Shown: piece by piece, positions 20,183 through 29,536 of the stretch
Layout: the number at the start of each line of letters is the position of its first letter
How positions within the stretch are numbered: the stretch's first letter is position 1
Assembly: GCA_041649555.1 (NCBI GenBank)
Contig: JBAZMS010000001.1
Span: forward strand, 331,122 to 395,121
Direction of reading: 5' to 3'
Length of the DNA stretch: 64,000 bases
From: Candidatus Micrarchaeia archaeon
GTDB lineage: Archaea > Micrarchaeota > Micrarchaeia > Anstonellales > Bilamarchaeaceae
Program-made: the position numbers and the translations under genes
The notes under the pieces: model-generated
The model's input: only the letters and a program-made list of their open reading frames with translations
Told to the model about the DNA's origin: nothing
Database searches by the model: none

Positions 20183-20894
20183 TGTAAGCACCTGCCGTGT
20201 TATCATCAATTACGCAAATATGTTTTAAGACAGTTATAAACTCTTCATTCTTGTTTTTCATTCTTGCCTCATTTTGTCGTCCTGCTTCAGTTTCAACGAT
20301 TTCCTCTATTGTTGCAACTGTTCCTGCATGTTTTCCCCCTTTGATAAGACACACTGCCCCTTTTTGAAGCTTTAAAATTTTGTTTATCTTATTTTCCTTT
20401 GTGGACAATACTATTGTATCTCCTGTTTTTATGTTATTATCCCCTCTGATTAATGTCCCGTCATGAATTCCAATCATTATCTGCCCCTTTTTGCAGGTGT
20501 ATTTCTTTATTACCTTGCCCATTCGTTCATTCGTTTTTTCAGCAGATATTTCAAAAGGGACAAGCCGTGAGTGTTTTTTTACAATCATAAGATAATTCTT
20601 TCCTGATTTTTCAATTGAAATTATATCCATAAGCCCTACTGGAAATTTTTCATTAGTTCTTATTTTCCCGTTGATATTAACCATTTTTTCAGAAAGTACT
20701 TTCTTTACTTCTTTGTTTGTTTGGCATATTTTAAGGATATCCCGTAGCAATACTGCAAGTGGAATCGCATTTTTAATATTATGAGGCCCGCATTCTGCCT
20801 TGGTTATCCATTCATTTTTTTTCTTGTCTCCAATTCCTATTGAAAGTGGTGTTGTGATCCTTTTAAAATGTTTTTTTTGTCCTCTTTTTGCCAT
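20175..20894 (-). CDS. rps4e: 30S ribosomal protein eS4
   Basis: KKHFKR, GPH, FPVGLMD and GGKHAG motifs. Confidence 0.95.
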   Translation of the reverse strand: MAKRGQKKHFKRITTPLSIGIGDKKKNEWITKAECGPHNIKNAIPLAVLLRDILKICQTNKEVKKVLSEKMVNINGKIRTNEKFPVGLMDIISIEKSGKNYLMIVKKHSRLVPFEISAEKTNERMGKVIKKYTCKKGQIMIGIHDGTLIRGDNNIKTGDTIVLSTKENKINKILKLQKGAVCLIKGGKHAGTVATIEEIVETEAGRQNEARMKNKNEEFITVLKHICVIDDNTAGAYNE

Positions 20895-20896
20895 TT

Positions 20897-21235
20897 TTAG
20901 TTCACCTTTTTATCTTTTATTTTGTCTCGCTCTCCAAGAGCTGTAATCATAAGATTTGATGGCTCAAAAGGAATCAGCATCTCTCTTGCGCGCGCGGTCT
21001 TTTTTGAAATTCCCTCAAGATAAATCTTTTCTTTCACATAGCTTATCTTGGCTATTTTTGCCTCCTTTCCTTTGAATGAACCCCTCATTACTTTTATAGT
21101 ATCCTCTTTTTTTGCAAGAACATTCCTTTTTTTCATTTTTACTTTTAATTCTTTGGATAGGTTTATTCTCATAAATTTCCTTTTCTGATGCAATGGAGCA
21201 TTATATCTCTTTTTTCTTTCAATATCAGGTTTCAT
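20897..21235 (-). CDS. rpl24: 50S ribosomal protein uL24
   Basis: YNAPLH, VMRGSFKG and PSNLMI motifs. Confidence 0.94.
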   Translation of the reverse strand: MKPDIERKKRYNAPLHQKRKFMRINLSKELKVKMKKRNVLAKKEDTIKVMRGSFKGKEAKIAKISYVKEKIYLEGISKKTARAREMLIPFEPSNLMITALGERDKIKDKKVN

Positions 21236-21246
21236 TTTTCATCCCT

Positions 21247-21645
21247 CTACATTTTTGATGATGATATCCCAGAAACTTTTGGATATCTCTCTGCAATTTC
21301 TATTGCGACAGTTCCCTTTATTTCCGTTCCCACAGGAAGAAAATCATCATTTATAAGCACTGCAGCATTGTCTTCAAAGCATACAGTCATTCCGTTTGGT
21401 CGTTTGAATTCTTTTTTTTGCCGGATTATAATTGCCTTTACTTTCTTTTTGACCATTTCCGGTTTTCCTTTTTTTACCGAGGCAGTTACAACGCTTCCGA
21501 TTCCTGCAGAAGGGTTTTTGTTTCTTTTTGAGCCTGCCCCAGAAACACCGATAATCATTATTTCCTTTGCACCGCTGTTGTCATCACAAACCAGTCTGCT
21601 TCCAATTGTGAGTGTTTTTGTTATTCTGGAACCTATACCTTTCAT
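21247..21645 (-). CDS. rpl14: 50S ribosomal protein uL14
   Basis: DDNSGAK and FEDNAAV motifs; start set at MKGIG. Confidence 0.95.
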   Translation of the reverse strand: MKGIGSRITKTLTIGSRLVCDDNSGAKEIMIIGVSGAGSKRNKNPSAGIGSVVTASVKKGKPEMVKKKVKAIIIRQKKEFKRPNGMTVCFEDNAAVLINDDFLPVGTEIKGTVAIEIAERYPKVSGISSSKM

Positions 21646-21950
21646 TGTTCCACCTCGCCTTTTTTGTTTATTTCTGTTATTACCCATGCTTTTGTCTTGC
21701 TTATTTTTCGCGATTCTTTGAATGTTACAATATCTCCAACCATAACTTTCATGCAGTCGGGATTATGCACCGGAACTTTCGACTTTCTTTTTGCCCATCT
21801 CTTATATTTTGGAAAATATTTGACGCTGTCTAATTCAACAACAGCAGTCCTCTTCATTTTCGTGCTTATAACTTTCCCTGTTTTTTTCATTCCATGCACT
21901 CCGATATTCCCATGCACTGGACAATTTTTATCTTTGCAATCATCAACCAT
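21642..21950 (-). CDS. rps17: 30S ribosomal protein uS17
   Basis: CKDKNCPVHG and RKISKTK motifs. Confidence 0.95.
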   Translation of the reverse strand: MVDDCKDKNCPVHGNIGVHGMKKTGKVISTKMKRTAVVELDSVKYFPKYKRWAKRKSKVPVHNPDCMKVMVGDIVTFKESRKISKTKAWVITEINKKGEVEQ

Positions 21951-21954
21951 TTTT

Positions 21955-22230
21955 TCACCCTGCAATTTTATTTTTTGCTTTTTCTTCAGGTCTGAACATT
22001 ATTTTTTCACCGTCTATTTCTATTCTTGTTTTTCCTGCAAATATGAGGAATGTGTTGGATTTTTTTGCAACAACAATCTCTCTGTCTCCTAGTTCCATTT
22101 TGATTGTGTTTTTTGTTTCATCGATTATTTTTCCTGCCAATTTGATCATCTCTTTTGAATTTGATTTTATTATTTTGGTTTTGAATCCAATCAACGGAGA
22201 CATCATTATGATTTTTTGAATGTCCTTCAT
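21955..22230 (-). CDS. rnp1: RNase P protein subunit Rpp29/Pop4
   Basis: GKIIDETKNT and RPEE motifs; conserved position between SUI1 and uS17. Confidence 0.88.
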   Translation of the reverse strand: MKDIQKIIMMSPLIGFKTKIIKSNSKEMIKLAGKIIDETKNTIKMELGDREIVVAKKSNTFLIFAGKTRIEIDGEKIMFRPEEKAKNKIAG

Positions 22231-22536
22231 TCAGCTTACCTCTATAATCTCAGGAGGATAGCCCATTTTTATAAGAGCTGCCTTTATTGTTCTTTTATGA
22301 TCTCCCTGAAGTATGATAACCCCTTCTTTTATAGTTCCTCCGCAGGCCCGTATTCGTTTGAGTTCTGAAAGCGCATCCTTTATCCGTTGTTTTTCTATTC
22401 CTTCCACAACAGTTACATATTTTTTATATCGCTTTGATTCTGTATAAACCCTTATTTTTTTTGTTTCCTCCTTATCAAGAATCTCGCAAACGCAAAGATC
22501 CTTTAAAAGTCCACATTTGCTGCAGATTTCAGGCAA
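22231..22536 (-). CDS. sui1: Translation initiation factor SUI1/aIF1
   Basis: ICSKCGL...LCVCE, ACGGT and LQGDH motifs; TTG start. Confidence 0.93.
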   Translation of the reverse strand: MPEICSKCGLLKDLCVCEILDKEETKKIRVYTESKRYKKYVTVVEGIEKQRIKDALSELKRIRACGGTIKEGVIILQGDHKRTIKAALIKMGYPPEIIEVS

Positions 22537-22538
22537 TT

Positions 22539-22712
22539 CTATTTCACCTCTTTTTTTGATATTAATAATTTTAATCTTGAAATTGCTTTTTTCACTGCCC
22601 TCGTTTTTGTTGATCTTTTTTCAATCAAAAGTGCGCTTTCAAGATCCTCAAGTTTTTTTTTAAGCTCTGGAAGCTCCAATTTTTTAAGATCATTCATTTT
22701 CAGGCCCTTCAT
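22539..22712 (-). CDS. rpl29: 50S ribosomal protein uL29, missed by the ORF track
   Basis: Manual translation MKGLKMNDLKKLELPELKKKLEDLESALLIEKRSTKTRAVKKAISRLKLLISKKEVK (57 aa); canonical position after uS3. Confidence 0.88.
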   Translation of the reverse strand: MKGLKMNDLKKLELPELKKKLEDLESALLIEKRSTKTRAVKKAISRLKLLISKKEVK

Positions 22713-22714
22713 AA

Positions 22715-23350
22715 TCAAACATCTCCTTCAGCGCTTTGGACTACTTTTGGCAGATCAACTTTTTGGTCTGTTTGCTTGTCTGGGAATTTTGTTCCCGGAG
22801 GAACTATTCTGACAAGAACCCCGATTATTCCTGATTTTGTGTTTGCATTAAGATGCGCTGTCCTGACATAGTGTACTGGTTCTCCTGCTTTTGGAATATA
22901 TCCTGCATAAACTCTCAGGGTTTTTGCCCTGGCGCCCTTTGCTCCAATCTTTCCGGCAGCAACAATTTCTGCTCCCATTGCTCCGGCATTCATTATTTCT
23001 TTTAATAAAAAGTGCATTATGGCCCTGACCTTTTTTCCCATTTCAATATATTTTGATGCCTTTTTTGCAACAATTCTCGGTTCAAGATACGGATTAGTTA
23101 TCTCGACAACATTTATCTGGGGATTGTCCACTTTAAACTCATTTTTCAATACCTCTGTAAGCGTGTTTATTGCTCTTCCCCTTCTTCCGATAACTTTCCC
23201 CGGATTTAAGGTTTCAAGAGTTATTCTTGTTGCAAGGGGCGTTCTTTGAATATCAATATTTGCAATCCACGCATGATTGAGGCTGTTTTCCAAAAACCTC
23301 ATTATTTTGTATTTATTTATTGGCTCTTCGATAAATTTTTTCTCAATCAT
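22715..23350 (-). CDS. rps3: 30S ribosomal protein uS3
   Basis: KH domain PGKVIGRRG; GAMGAEI and GIIGVLV motifs. Confidence 0.95.
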   Translation of the reverse strand: MIEKKFIEEPINKYKIMRFLENSLNHAWIANIDIQRTPLATRITLETLNPGKVIGRRGRAINTLTEVLKNEFKVDNPQINVVEITNPYLEPRIVAKKASKYIEMGKKVRAIMHFLLKEIMNAGAMGAEIVAAGKIGAKGARAKTLRVYAGYIPKAGEPVHYVRTAHLNANTKSGIIGVLVRIVPPGTKFPDKQTDQKVDLPKVVQSAEGDV

Positions 23351-23985
23351 TGATTATCACCGGAATTAATATTTTTCTTTTTAGGGGCTGGTTTTTTTTC
23401 AGCATTCTGTTTTTTATTTTTTGCTTCAGGCTCCTTTTTTATCTTGGTTAACTCTGCCTGTGCTTCTGCTTTTTTTTCAACAGAAGTTTCTTTTGGTTTT
23501 GAAACCTCAACCTTTAATTTCTTTTTGTCAGCTATTATCTCTTTCTCTCTTACCACAACCTCTATTCGTGCAGTTTCATAATCTGATCGTGATCTTCTTC
23601 CTTTTGGGCTCATTCTTGGAAATGTTCTTTTTTTGTTTGCACATATATGAACTATAATATAGGGTGCAATCATTCCCCTGCTTTGGGCATTTGCTATTGC
23701 ACTCTGCAAAGCTCCAAGCACCATTGATGCTGCTTTTTTTGGATATCTCCCCTTTCTTCCTCCAAGTTCTCTTCTTGCCCCAAGACGTTTGTTTCTTGAT
23801 TTGAAAAGAACAGGGAGATTTCCTTGTGAAAATTCTTCAAGAAGTATGAGTGCCTTTTCAGTAGAAAGGCCCAAAACTCTTCCGCATACTTCGCAAAGGT
23901 CCTTATAAGATGCATTTACTCCTTCTATTCTTGCAAAAGCATAGCTTTGCGGATTTTCTAAAATTGTATATGAGTATCCTTTCAT
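23347..23985 (-). CDS. rpl22: 50S ribosomal protein uL22 with Lys-rich C-terminal tail
   Basis: GRYPKKAA, ANA and PKGR motifs; start set at MKGYSY. Confidence 0.93.
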   Translation of the reverse strand: MKGYSYTILENPQSYAFARIEGVNASYKDLCEVCGRVLGLSTEKALILLEEFSQGNLPVLFKSRNKRLGARRELGGRKGRYPKKAASMVLGALQSAIANAQSRGMIAPYIIVHICANKKRTFPRMSPKGRRSRSDYETARIEVVVREKEIIADKKKLKVEVSKPKETSVEKKAEAQAELTKIKKEPEAKNKKQNAEKKPAPKKKNINSGDNQ

Positions 23986-23995
23986 TGTCATCACA

Positions 23996-24391
23996 CTATT
24001 TAAGAGGCACGAATTTACTTCCCCTCGTTGCACCTACACCTGGTCCTGAATGTTTTACAGGGCCGGTACTGTGGGAAAATTCCCCGAGCCGTTTTCCAAG
24101 ATGTTTTATTGTTATCGTTACTTTTTTGTATTCTTTTCCGTTATAAACTCCGAAAGTAAGCCCAAGCCACTCTGGAAGAATTATTGCATCCCTTATCTGG
24201 GTTTTTATTAATTTATCCCTTCCGGTTTCTTTTATTTTTCTAATTCTTGCCACTAGTTTTTTTAGTTTTGGATTTCTTTTTATATTTCCAAGGGTTCTTC
24301 GTTCCCTGGATGTCACTATCTTTGAAAAGTCATCAAAACTCATTTTCTTTAATTCTTCTTCAGTATATCCTTTATAATAATCCTGTTTCAT
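23996..24391 (-). CDS. rps19: 30S ribosomal protein uS19
   Basis: GVYNGK, LGEFS and GATRGSKFVPLK motifs. Confidence 0.95.
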   Translation of the reverse strand: MKQDYYKGYTEEELKKMSFDDFSKIVTSRERRTLGNIKRNPKLKKLVARIRKIKETGRDKLIKTQIRDAIILPEWLGLTFGVYNGKEYKKVTITIKHLGKRLGEFSHSTGPVKHSGPGVGATRGSKFVPLK

Positions 24392-25149
24392 TGATTATTC
24401 ACCTTTTGAATATCTTCTGTTTTCTTTACTTTTTTTCTTCCAGTTGATCTTGCTGCAATATGACCCACCTTTCTTCCCGGAGGATCTCCTCGTTTAACTG
24501 TTGTTGGTCTTCCTTCATGGTGCTGTTTTCCTCCATGAGGATGGTTATACGGAGACATTGCAACTCCTCTGACATATGGCCAGAGTTTGTTTTTTGCCTT
24601 GTATTTATAAAATGCTTTTCCTGCCTTTACAAGCGGTTTTTCTGTTTTTCCTCCACCTGCAATAACTCCTATCTGAGCCCTGCATTCTGAAGAAAGGGTT
24701 ATTATTTTTTTGCTCGGGAGCTTTATATAGGTAATATCTTTTTCCTTGGATATGATTGTTGCATACCCTCCAGCGCTTTTGACAAATTTCCCTCCGTCTC
24801 CTGCTATTTTTTCAATATTAAAAATTGGAAAGCCGTCTGGAATTCGGTATAATGGAAGGCTTCCTCCATTTGTTATTTTTGCCTGAACTCCTGTTTCGAT
24901 TCTATCCCCTATTGCAATTCCTTCAGGTGCAATAAGATAGCTTTTTTCATTATTGTCATATATTACTTCCATAAGTATTGATTCTCTCGAAGGGTCATCA
25001 ACGAATCTTAAAACTTCCCCACGAAGCATTCCTGTTTTTTCAACATCATCGTAGTTTCTGTATTTTAATTCCACCTTGTATCTTGAGCTTTTTGCCCGGT
25101 ATTTTGGGGAACCCGAACCTCTTCTTTGATGCCTTAATCTTTTTCCCAT
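24388..25149 (-). CDS. rpl2: 50S ribosomal protein uL2
   Basis: MGKRL..QRRG and VRGVAM...HPHGG motifs. Confidence 0.96.
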   Translation of the reverse strand: MGKRLRHQRRGSGSPKYRAKSSRYKVELKYRNYDDVEKTGMLRGEVLRFVDDPSRESILMEVIYDNNEKSYLIAPEGIAIGDRIETGVQAKITNGGSLPLYRIPDGFPIFNIEKIAGDGGKFVKSAGGYATIISKEKDITYIKLPSKKIITLSSECRAQIGVIAGGGKTEKPLVKAGKAFYKYKAKNKLWPYVRGVAMSPYNHPHGGKQHHEGRPTTVKRGDPPGRKVGHIAARSTGRKKVKKTEDIQKVNNQ

Positions 25150-25161
25150 AAATGTTCACCT

Positions 25162-25407
25162 TTAAATCATTTTCATTTTTGCAGCAATATCTTCTGCCTT
25201 TACTTCTTTGGGAAATTTTACTATTGCAATTTTTGAATTTCCCTGTATGTGAGTATTGATGCTTTTTATCTTTGAGCCAAATAACCTCTCAATTTCTTTT
25301 CCAATTTCTTTTTTTGTTGCCCTAAGGTCAACTTCAAATGCGATTTTATTTTCAAATTCTATTTTTCCAATCCATTTTTCAGTTTCAATTGGCTTTATTA
25401 TAATCAT
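25162..25407 (-). CDS. rpl23: 50S ribosomal protein uL23
   Basis: PIETEK, FEVD..ATK and K.AIV motifs; synteny. Confidence 0.92.
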   Translation of the reverse strand: MIIIKPIETEKWIGKIEFENKIAFEVDLRATKKEIGKEIERLFGSKIKSINTHIQGNSKIAIVKFPKEVKAEDIAAKMKMI

Positions 25408-26195
25408 AATTTTTCACCTATTGTTTTTATTGCATTTTCAGTATAAACAACAACTCTTCCTGCAAAGGCCCCTGGTGCAAGATGTCTTACTTTTAAGTCA
25501 GAAACCCTAACCACATCAACACCGCAAAGCCCGCGGGCTGCCTTTAAAATTTCCCCGCCGTCAACAACCACTAAAAGATACTTCGGTGTTTTTATCATTC
25601 GTTTTGTTCTTGTTTTTCCAACCCCTGTTTTTCTTTTTTGCCGTTTCTTTGCATTTTCAATTAGAGAAGAAAGATTTAATTTAGAAAAAACCGATAATAC
25701 CTCCCTGCTTTTGCCCAATTTTTCAAAATTGTTTTCAATTATTATTGGCACTTTTCTGTTCCCTATATTATATCTATTATTAATTACCTCGTTTATTGTT
25801 GAGCTTGCAAGCGCGCTTCGCATCGCCTTTTGATATTCCCTGTTATTCATTTTTTCTATAATTATTTTTTCAACTTTTGGAGGATGCGCTCTTCTTCCTT
25901 TAACTGAAGATGGAATTCTTCTGACTCTTCCCCATCCTCCTTCTGGTTTTATTTCTCGCGGAAGCATTGCCTGCCCCCTGTTTTTAAGTGAACCGTATGT
26001 TTCCTTTTCTCCCCTATACTCTGCGCTCGTTTCAAGACCTGCAAATTTATAGCTTCCTTTTGGCTGTCTCATTTTGCTTTCTTCACTTAAAACTGCCCTT
26101 CGTATAAGATCTTCCCTGTATTCCTCGTTAAACTGAATTGGAAGCTCTACATCATTAATCTCCTTTCCTTCAATAGAGTAAATTGGAACTTTCAT
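25404..26195 (-). CDS. rpl4: 50S ribosomal protein uL4
   Basis: REDLIRRAV, GRRAHPPK and LAPG motifs. Confidence 0.95.
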   Translation of the reverse strand: MKVPIYSIEGKEINDVELPIQFNEEYREDLIRRAVLSEESKMRQPKGSYKFAGLETSAEYRGEKETYGSLKNRGQAMLPREIKPEGGWGRVRRIPSSVKGRRAHPPKVEKIIIEKMNNREYQKAMRSALASSTINEVINNRYNIGNRKVPIIIENNFEKLGKSREVLSVFSKLNLSSLIENAKKRQKRKTGVGKTRTKRMIKTPKYLLVVVDGGEILKAARGLCGVDVVRVSDLKVRHLAPGAFAGRVVVYTENAIKTIGEKL

Positions 26196-26206
26196 TTTCA
26201 AAAACC

Positions 26207-27139
26207 TCAGTTAAGTATCTCCTTTAGTGCCGGCTCTTTTGCCGGTTCATCTTTTCTTATTGCCATTCTCATCCTTATAAGTCTTTTCACAGGCCCTGGG
26301 ATCGAACCTTTAATAAGGATATATTCATTTTTCACAAAGCCATAGTTTGGAAATCCGCTTTTTGGATTTATTTCCTCTGCATTTTCACCTATTTTGAATA
26401 TTCTCTTGTTTAATTCGGTTCTTCTGTGATATCCCATCTGTCCTGCCTGTCTTGAAGTATACATTACATATCCCGGATGGAATGGTCCAAGGCATCCAAC
26501 ATGCCTTCGTTTTCCTGTTGCCTTTCTTCTCTGAAGAGAGGTTCCAAATCTTTTTACTGGCCCCTGCCATCCTTTTCCTTTTGTGATTGCAACCACATCA
26601 ATGTATTCTCCAGGTTTAAAAACATCACTTATCTTAAGCTCTTTTCCAAGAATGCCTTTTGCATATTCTATTTTTTCTTTTGCATCCGCGCCCCCTATGG
26701 AAATTTCCATTCTTTCAGGGTGTTTTTTTCCAATCGAGGTTTTTTGAGGGTTTGCAAAAACAAGAGCGCATATTTTTTCACATTCTTCAAAATTAGTTTC
26801 TTTTTTTGTTTTTTTTATTATGTTAAGTTTTTTGAGCATTTTTTCATCTTCAATTAGGATATCTCCGATGATTCTTTTATTTTTATATCCCCTCATTCCA
26901 TATACATACATAGGCGGAACTTCTATTACTGTTCCTGCACTGACAACCTCTTTTCCTTTTGTAGGGGAGTTTGTATCATCTACATATGTCATTTGAATCA
27001 TTCCTGCCTTATATCCTGCAAAACCCAAGAGTTTTTTTTCACCTTTTTCCTGCCAGTACATACTGGGCACTTGGCTTTTTGCTCTTTTTTTTGGCCTGAA
27101 GGCCATAGAACCTTTTCTAGGCTTTCTGATGTCTGTCAT
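26207..27139 (-). CDS. rpl3: 50S ribosomal protein uL3
   Basis: PRKGSM, GYKAGM, TKGKGWQGPVKRFG and GQMGYHRRTE motifs. Confidence 0.97.
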   Translation of the reverse strand: MTDIRKPRKGSMAFRPKKRAKSQVPSMYWQEKGEKKLLGFAGYKAGMIQMTYVDDTNSPTKGKEVVSAGTVIEVPPMYVYGMRGYKNKRIIGDILIEDEKMLKKLNIIKKTKKETNFEECEKICALVFANPQKTSIGKKHPERMEISIGGADAKEKIEYAKGILGKELKISDVFKPGEYIDVVAITKGKGWQGPVKRFGTSLQRRKATGKRRHVGCLGPFHPGYVMYTSRQAGQMGYHRRTELNKRIFKIGENAEEINPKSGFPNYGFVKNEYILIKGSIPGPVKRLIRMRMAIRKDEPAKEPALKEILN

Positions 27140-27231
27140 GTAAATTCACCTGCGTAGCCCTCAAATTCATTCGAGGGGCGCCACTTAAATAAAAGTGAGT
27201 GGCAATAAATTAGGATAGAAGTATTTAAATA
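27140..27231 (-). promoter_or_regulatory. Promoter and structured 5' leader of the rpl3 operon
   Basis: TATA-like TTTAAATA near 27222-27229, two GC-rich hairpins, then an AGGTGA SD before the ATG. Confidence 0.55.
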
Positions 27232-27310
27232 TCTTTATACTTAATGGCGTTGCACATGGATTATAAAATAAATATTTTTTATCGCGGTGCGGCCACCATA
27301 TTAATTCTGT

Positions 27311-28618
27311 TTAATCCTTAACCGCATCTTCCACTATTCTTTTCGCATTTCCAATATAGCCTTTATAATCAAATAAATCCTCCAGCTCTTTTTCTGAGAA
27401 CTTATTCAATTTCTCAATCTCTTTTCTCAAGTGCCTGTTTTCTGCAAATGCCCTTTGGGATGCTTCCCGTATCAATTCATGGGCATTTTGCCTGCCAATC
27501 CCTTTCTTGATTAATGCTATCATAATCCTTTCTGCCATAATCAATCCATTTGTCATTTCTAGATTTCTTTTCATATTTTCAGGATAAAATTCTAATGTTT
27601 CCAGTATTTTATGCATCTGTTCTAGCATATAGTCTGTTCCAATAAACATCTGTGAAAATATTATTCTCTCGTTTGCAGAATTAGTCAAATCCCGTTCATG
27701 TTCCAATGCAATGTTTTCATATGCAACTGATAAATTCGCCCTTACAATTCTTGCAAGAGAGCATACTCTTTCGCTTTTATGTGGATTTCTTTTATGTGGC
27801 ATTGTTGAAGAGCCAACCTGTTTTTTTCCAAATGACTCTCCAATTTCAAGTATTTCAGTTCTTTGAAGATTTCTTATCTCCTTTGCAATTTTTTCAAGCA
27901 TCGAGGCAACCAAAGAAACAACTGATAAAACTTCTGCATGCCTGTCTCGCTGAATAACCTGCGTTGTAATCTTTGCCAAAGCAAGCCCCAACTCATCCAT
28001 GACTATTTTTTCCAGCTTTTCCTTGTCTTCTCCAAATGTTGCCCCGGTTCCAACTGCCCCTGACATTTTTCCAACTAATATTCTTTTTTTGCACTCTGCC
28101 AATCTTTCCAGATTTCTTTTCGCTTCCTGATAATAAAGGGCAAATTTCATCCCGTATGTAGTAGGGGTTGCATGCTGGCCGTGTGTTCTGCCAATGCATA
28201 CTGTTTTTTTATGTTCGAGTGCAAGTTTTTTTAGAAGCTTTGAAAATTGAATCAAATTGTTTTCCAAAAGCCCAACTGCATCCTTGAAAATTAATGCAGT
28301 TGCAGTATCTTCGATATCATATGATGTTGCGCCAAGATGTATTTTTCCACCAGAATTTCCAGCCTGTTCTGCCATTGCCTTTACCATCGCCATCAAATCA
28401 TGGTGAATTTCATTTTCTATTTTCACTATTCGTTCAGGCTTTACTTTTTCCTTTGCATTTTTTATTTCCTCATATTCTTTTTTTGAAATATTTCCAATTA
28501 GAAAATGCGCTTTTGCAAGTGCAATTTCAACATCCATCCATTTGGAATATTTATTTTTATCATCGAAAATATCATTCATTTTTGTCGTATATCTTTGTTC
28601 AAAAGGAGAAATACTCAT
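27311..28618 (-). CDS. purB: Adenylosuccinate lyase
   Basis: HLGATS, GRTHGQHA, GSSTMPHKRNP and HERDL motifs. Confidence 0.96.
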   Translation of the reverse strand: MSISPFEQRYTTKMNDIFDDKNKYSKWMDVEIALAKAHFLIGNISKKEYEEIKNAKEKVKPERIVKIENEIHHDLMAMVKAMAEQAGNSGGKIHLGATSYDIEDTATALIFKDAVGLLENNLIQFSKLLKKLALEHKKTVCIGRTHGQHATPTTYGMKFALYYQEAKRNLERLAECKKRILVGKMSGAVGTGATFGEDKEKLEKIVMDELGLALAKITTQVIQRDRHAEVLSVVSLVASMLEKIAKEIRNLQRTEILEIGESFGKKQVGSSTMPHKRNPHKSERVCSLARIVRANLSVAYENIALEHERDLTNSANERIIFSQMFIGTDYMLEQMHKILETLEFYPENMKRNLEMTNGLIMAERIMIALIKKGIGRQNAHELIREASQRAFAENRHLRKEIEKLNKFSEKELEDLFDYKGYIGNAKRIVEDAVKD

Positions 28619-28784
28619 TCTATCACATAATTATATGAAAAGAAAGCAATAAAAATACCCTATCTAATAAATCCTTTAATTTGAAGGGGGCGGCGTATCA
28701 GAATAATACAGCTGTTGAATTAAAAAAATTGGAAACCGGATAGGTGGTTTTTTAACTTTTCCCAAGCTATGTTATATGGTTTAA

Positions 28785-29525
28785 ATGATTTCTAAAGTAA
28801 TAAAAAAAGGGGAAAAATCATATATTGAGCTTCCCGAAGAGCTTAAAACCCAAAACGAAATAGAATTTTTTCATCTAAAGAACGGATTTTATCTTATAAG
28901 CTCTCCTGCTGAATTTTCGCAAAAACATAAAGAAAAAGGAGAGAGAAAAATTTCCCTTGATGATGAGCTTTTGGTGGTATCAAAACTGATGTCTTTGAAA
29001 TTCTCTGAAAGAACTCCGGCAAGCATCTCAAAAATTTTAAATTCAGAAGAAAAAGAAATATTTTTATCATTGCAGAAGAAAAAGCACATCTGGCTTTTCA
29101 AAGGAGAAAAATACAAAAAAGAAGGAGTCTATAATATAAGTAACAAGCTTTTTTCGTTATGGAAGGAAAAAAAATCCAAAACACCACTGACTCCATCTTT
29201 GGTTGGTGTTCTCTATTCGCAAGGATATCTTATAATTGAGGATGGGAATGATGCAAAAATTTTTTCAGACCATATAAAAGACCAGATGTCTTCTGGAAAT
29301 ATACTTGGGATAAGGGCATTTGACGGCAGGTATTATATCACAACAAGAAATTTCTATAACAAAATCCGTGAAAAAATTACAAAAGAGGTGAAGGAATCGA
29401 TGTCTGCTGTTAAAATTTCAGAGCTTTGCGAAGTGGAAAAAGATGCCTGCCTTGTAGTCTTATATCTCATGCTTGAATCCGGGGAAGCAATAGAGACAAG
29501 AAAAGGATTTTTCTCATTAATTTAA
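28785..29525 (+). CDS. Hypothetical protein, possibly with winged-helix domains
   Basis: 246-aa ORF; C-terminus resembles a wHTH (LMLESGEAIETRKGFF). Confidence 0.55.
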   Translation: MISKVIKKGEKSYIELPEELKTQNEIEFFHLKNGFYLISSPAEFSQKHKEKGERKISLDDELLVVSKLMSLKFSERTPASISKILNSEEKEIFLSLQKKKHIWLFKGEKYKKEGVYNISNKLFSLWKEKKSKTPLTPSLVGVLYSQGYLIIEDGNDAKIFSDHIKDQMSSGNILGIRAFDGRYYITTRNFYNKIREKITKEVKESMSAVKISELCEVEKDACLVVLYLMLESGEAIETRKGFFSLI

Positions 29526-29536
29526 GGAATGATCTT

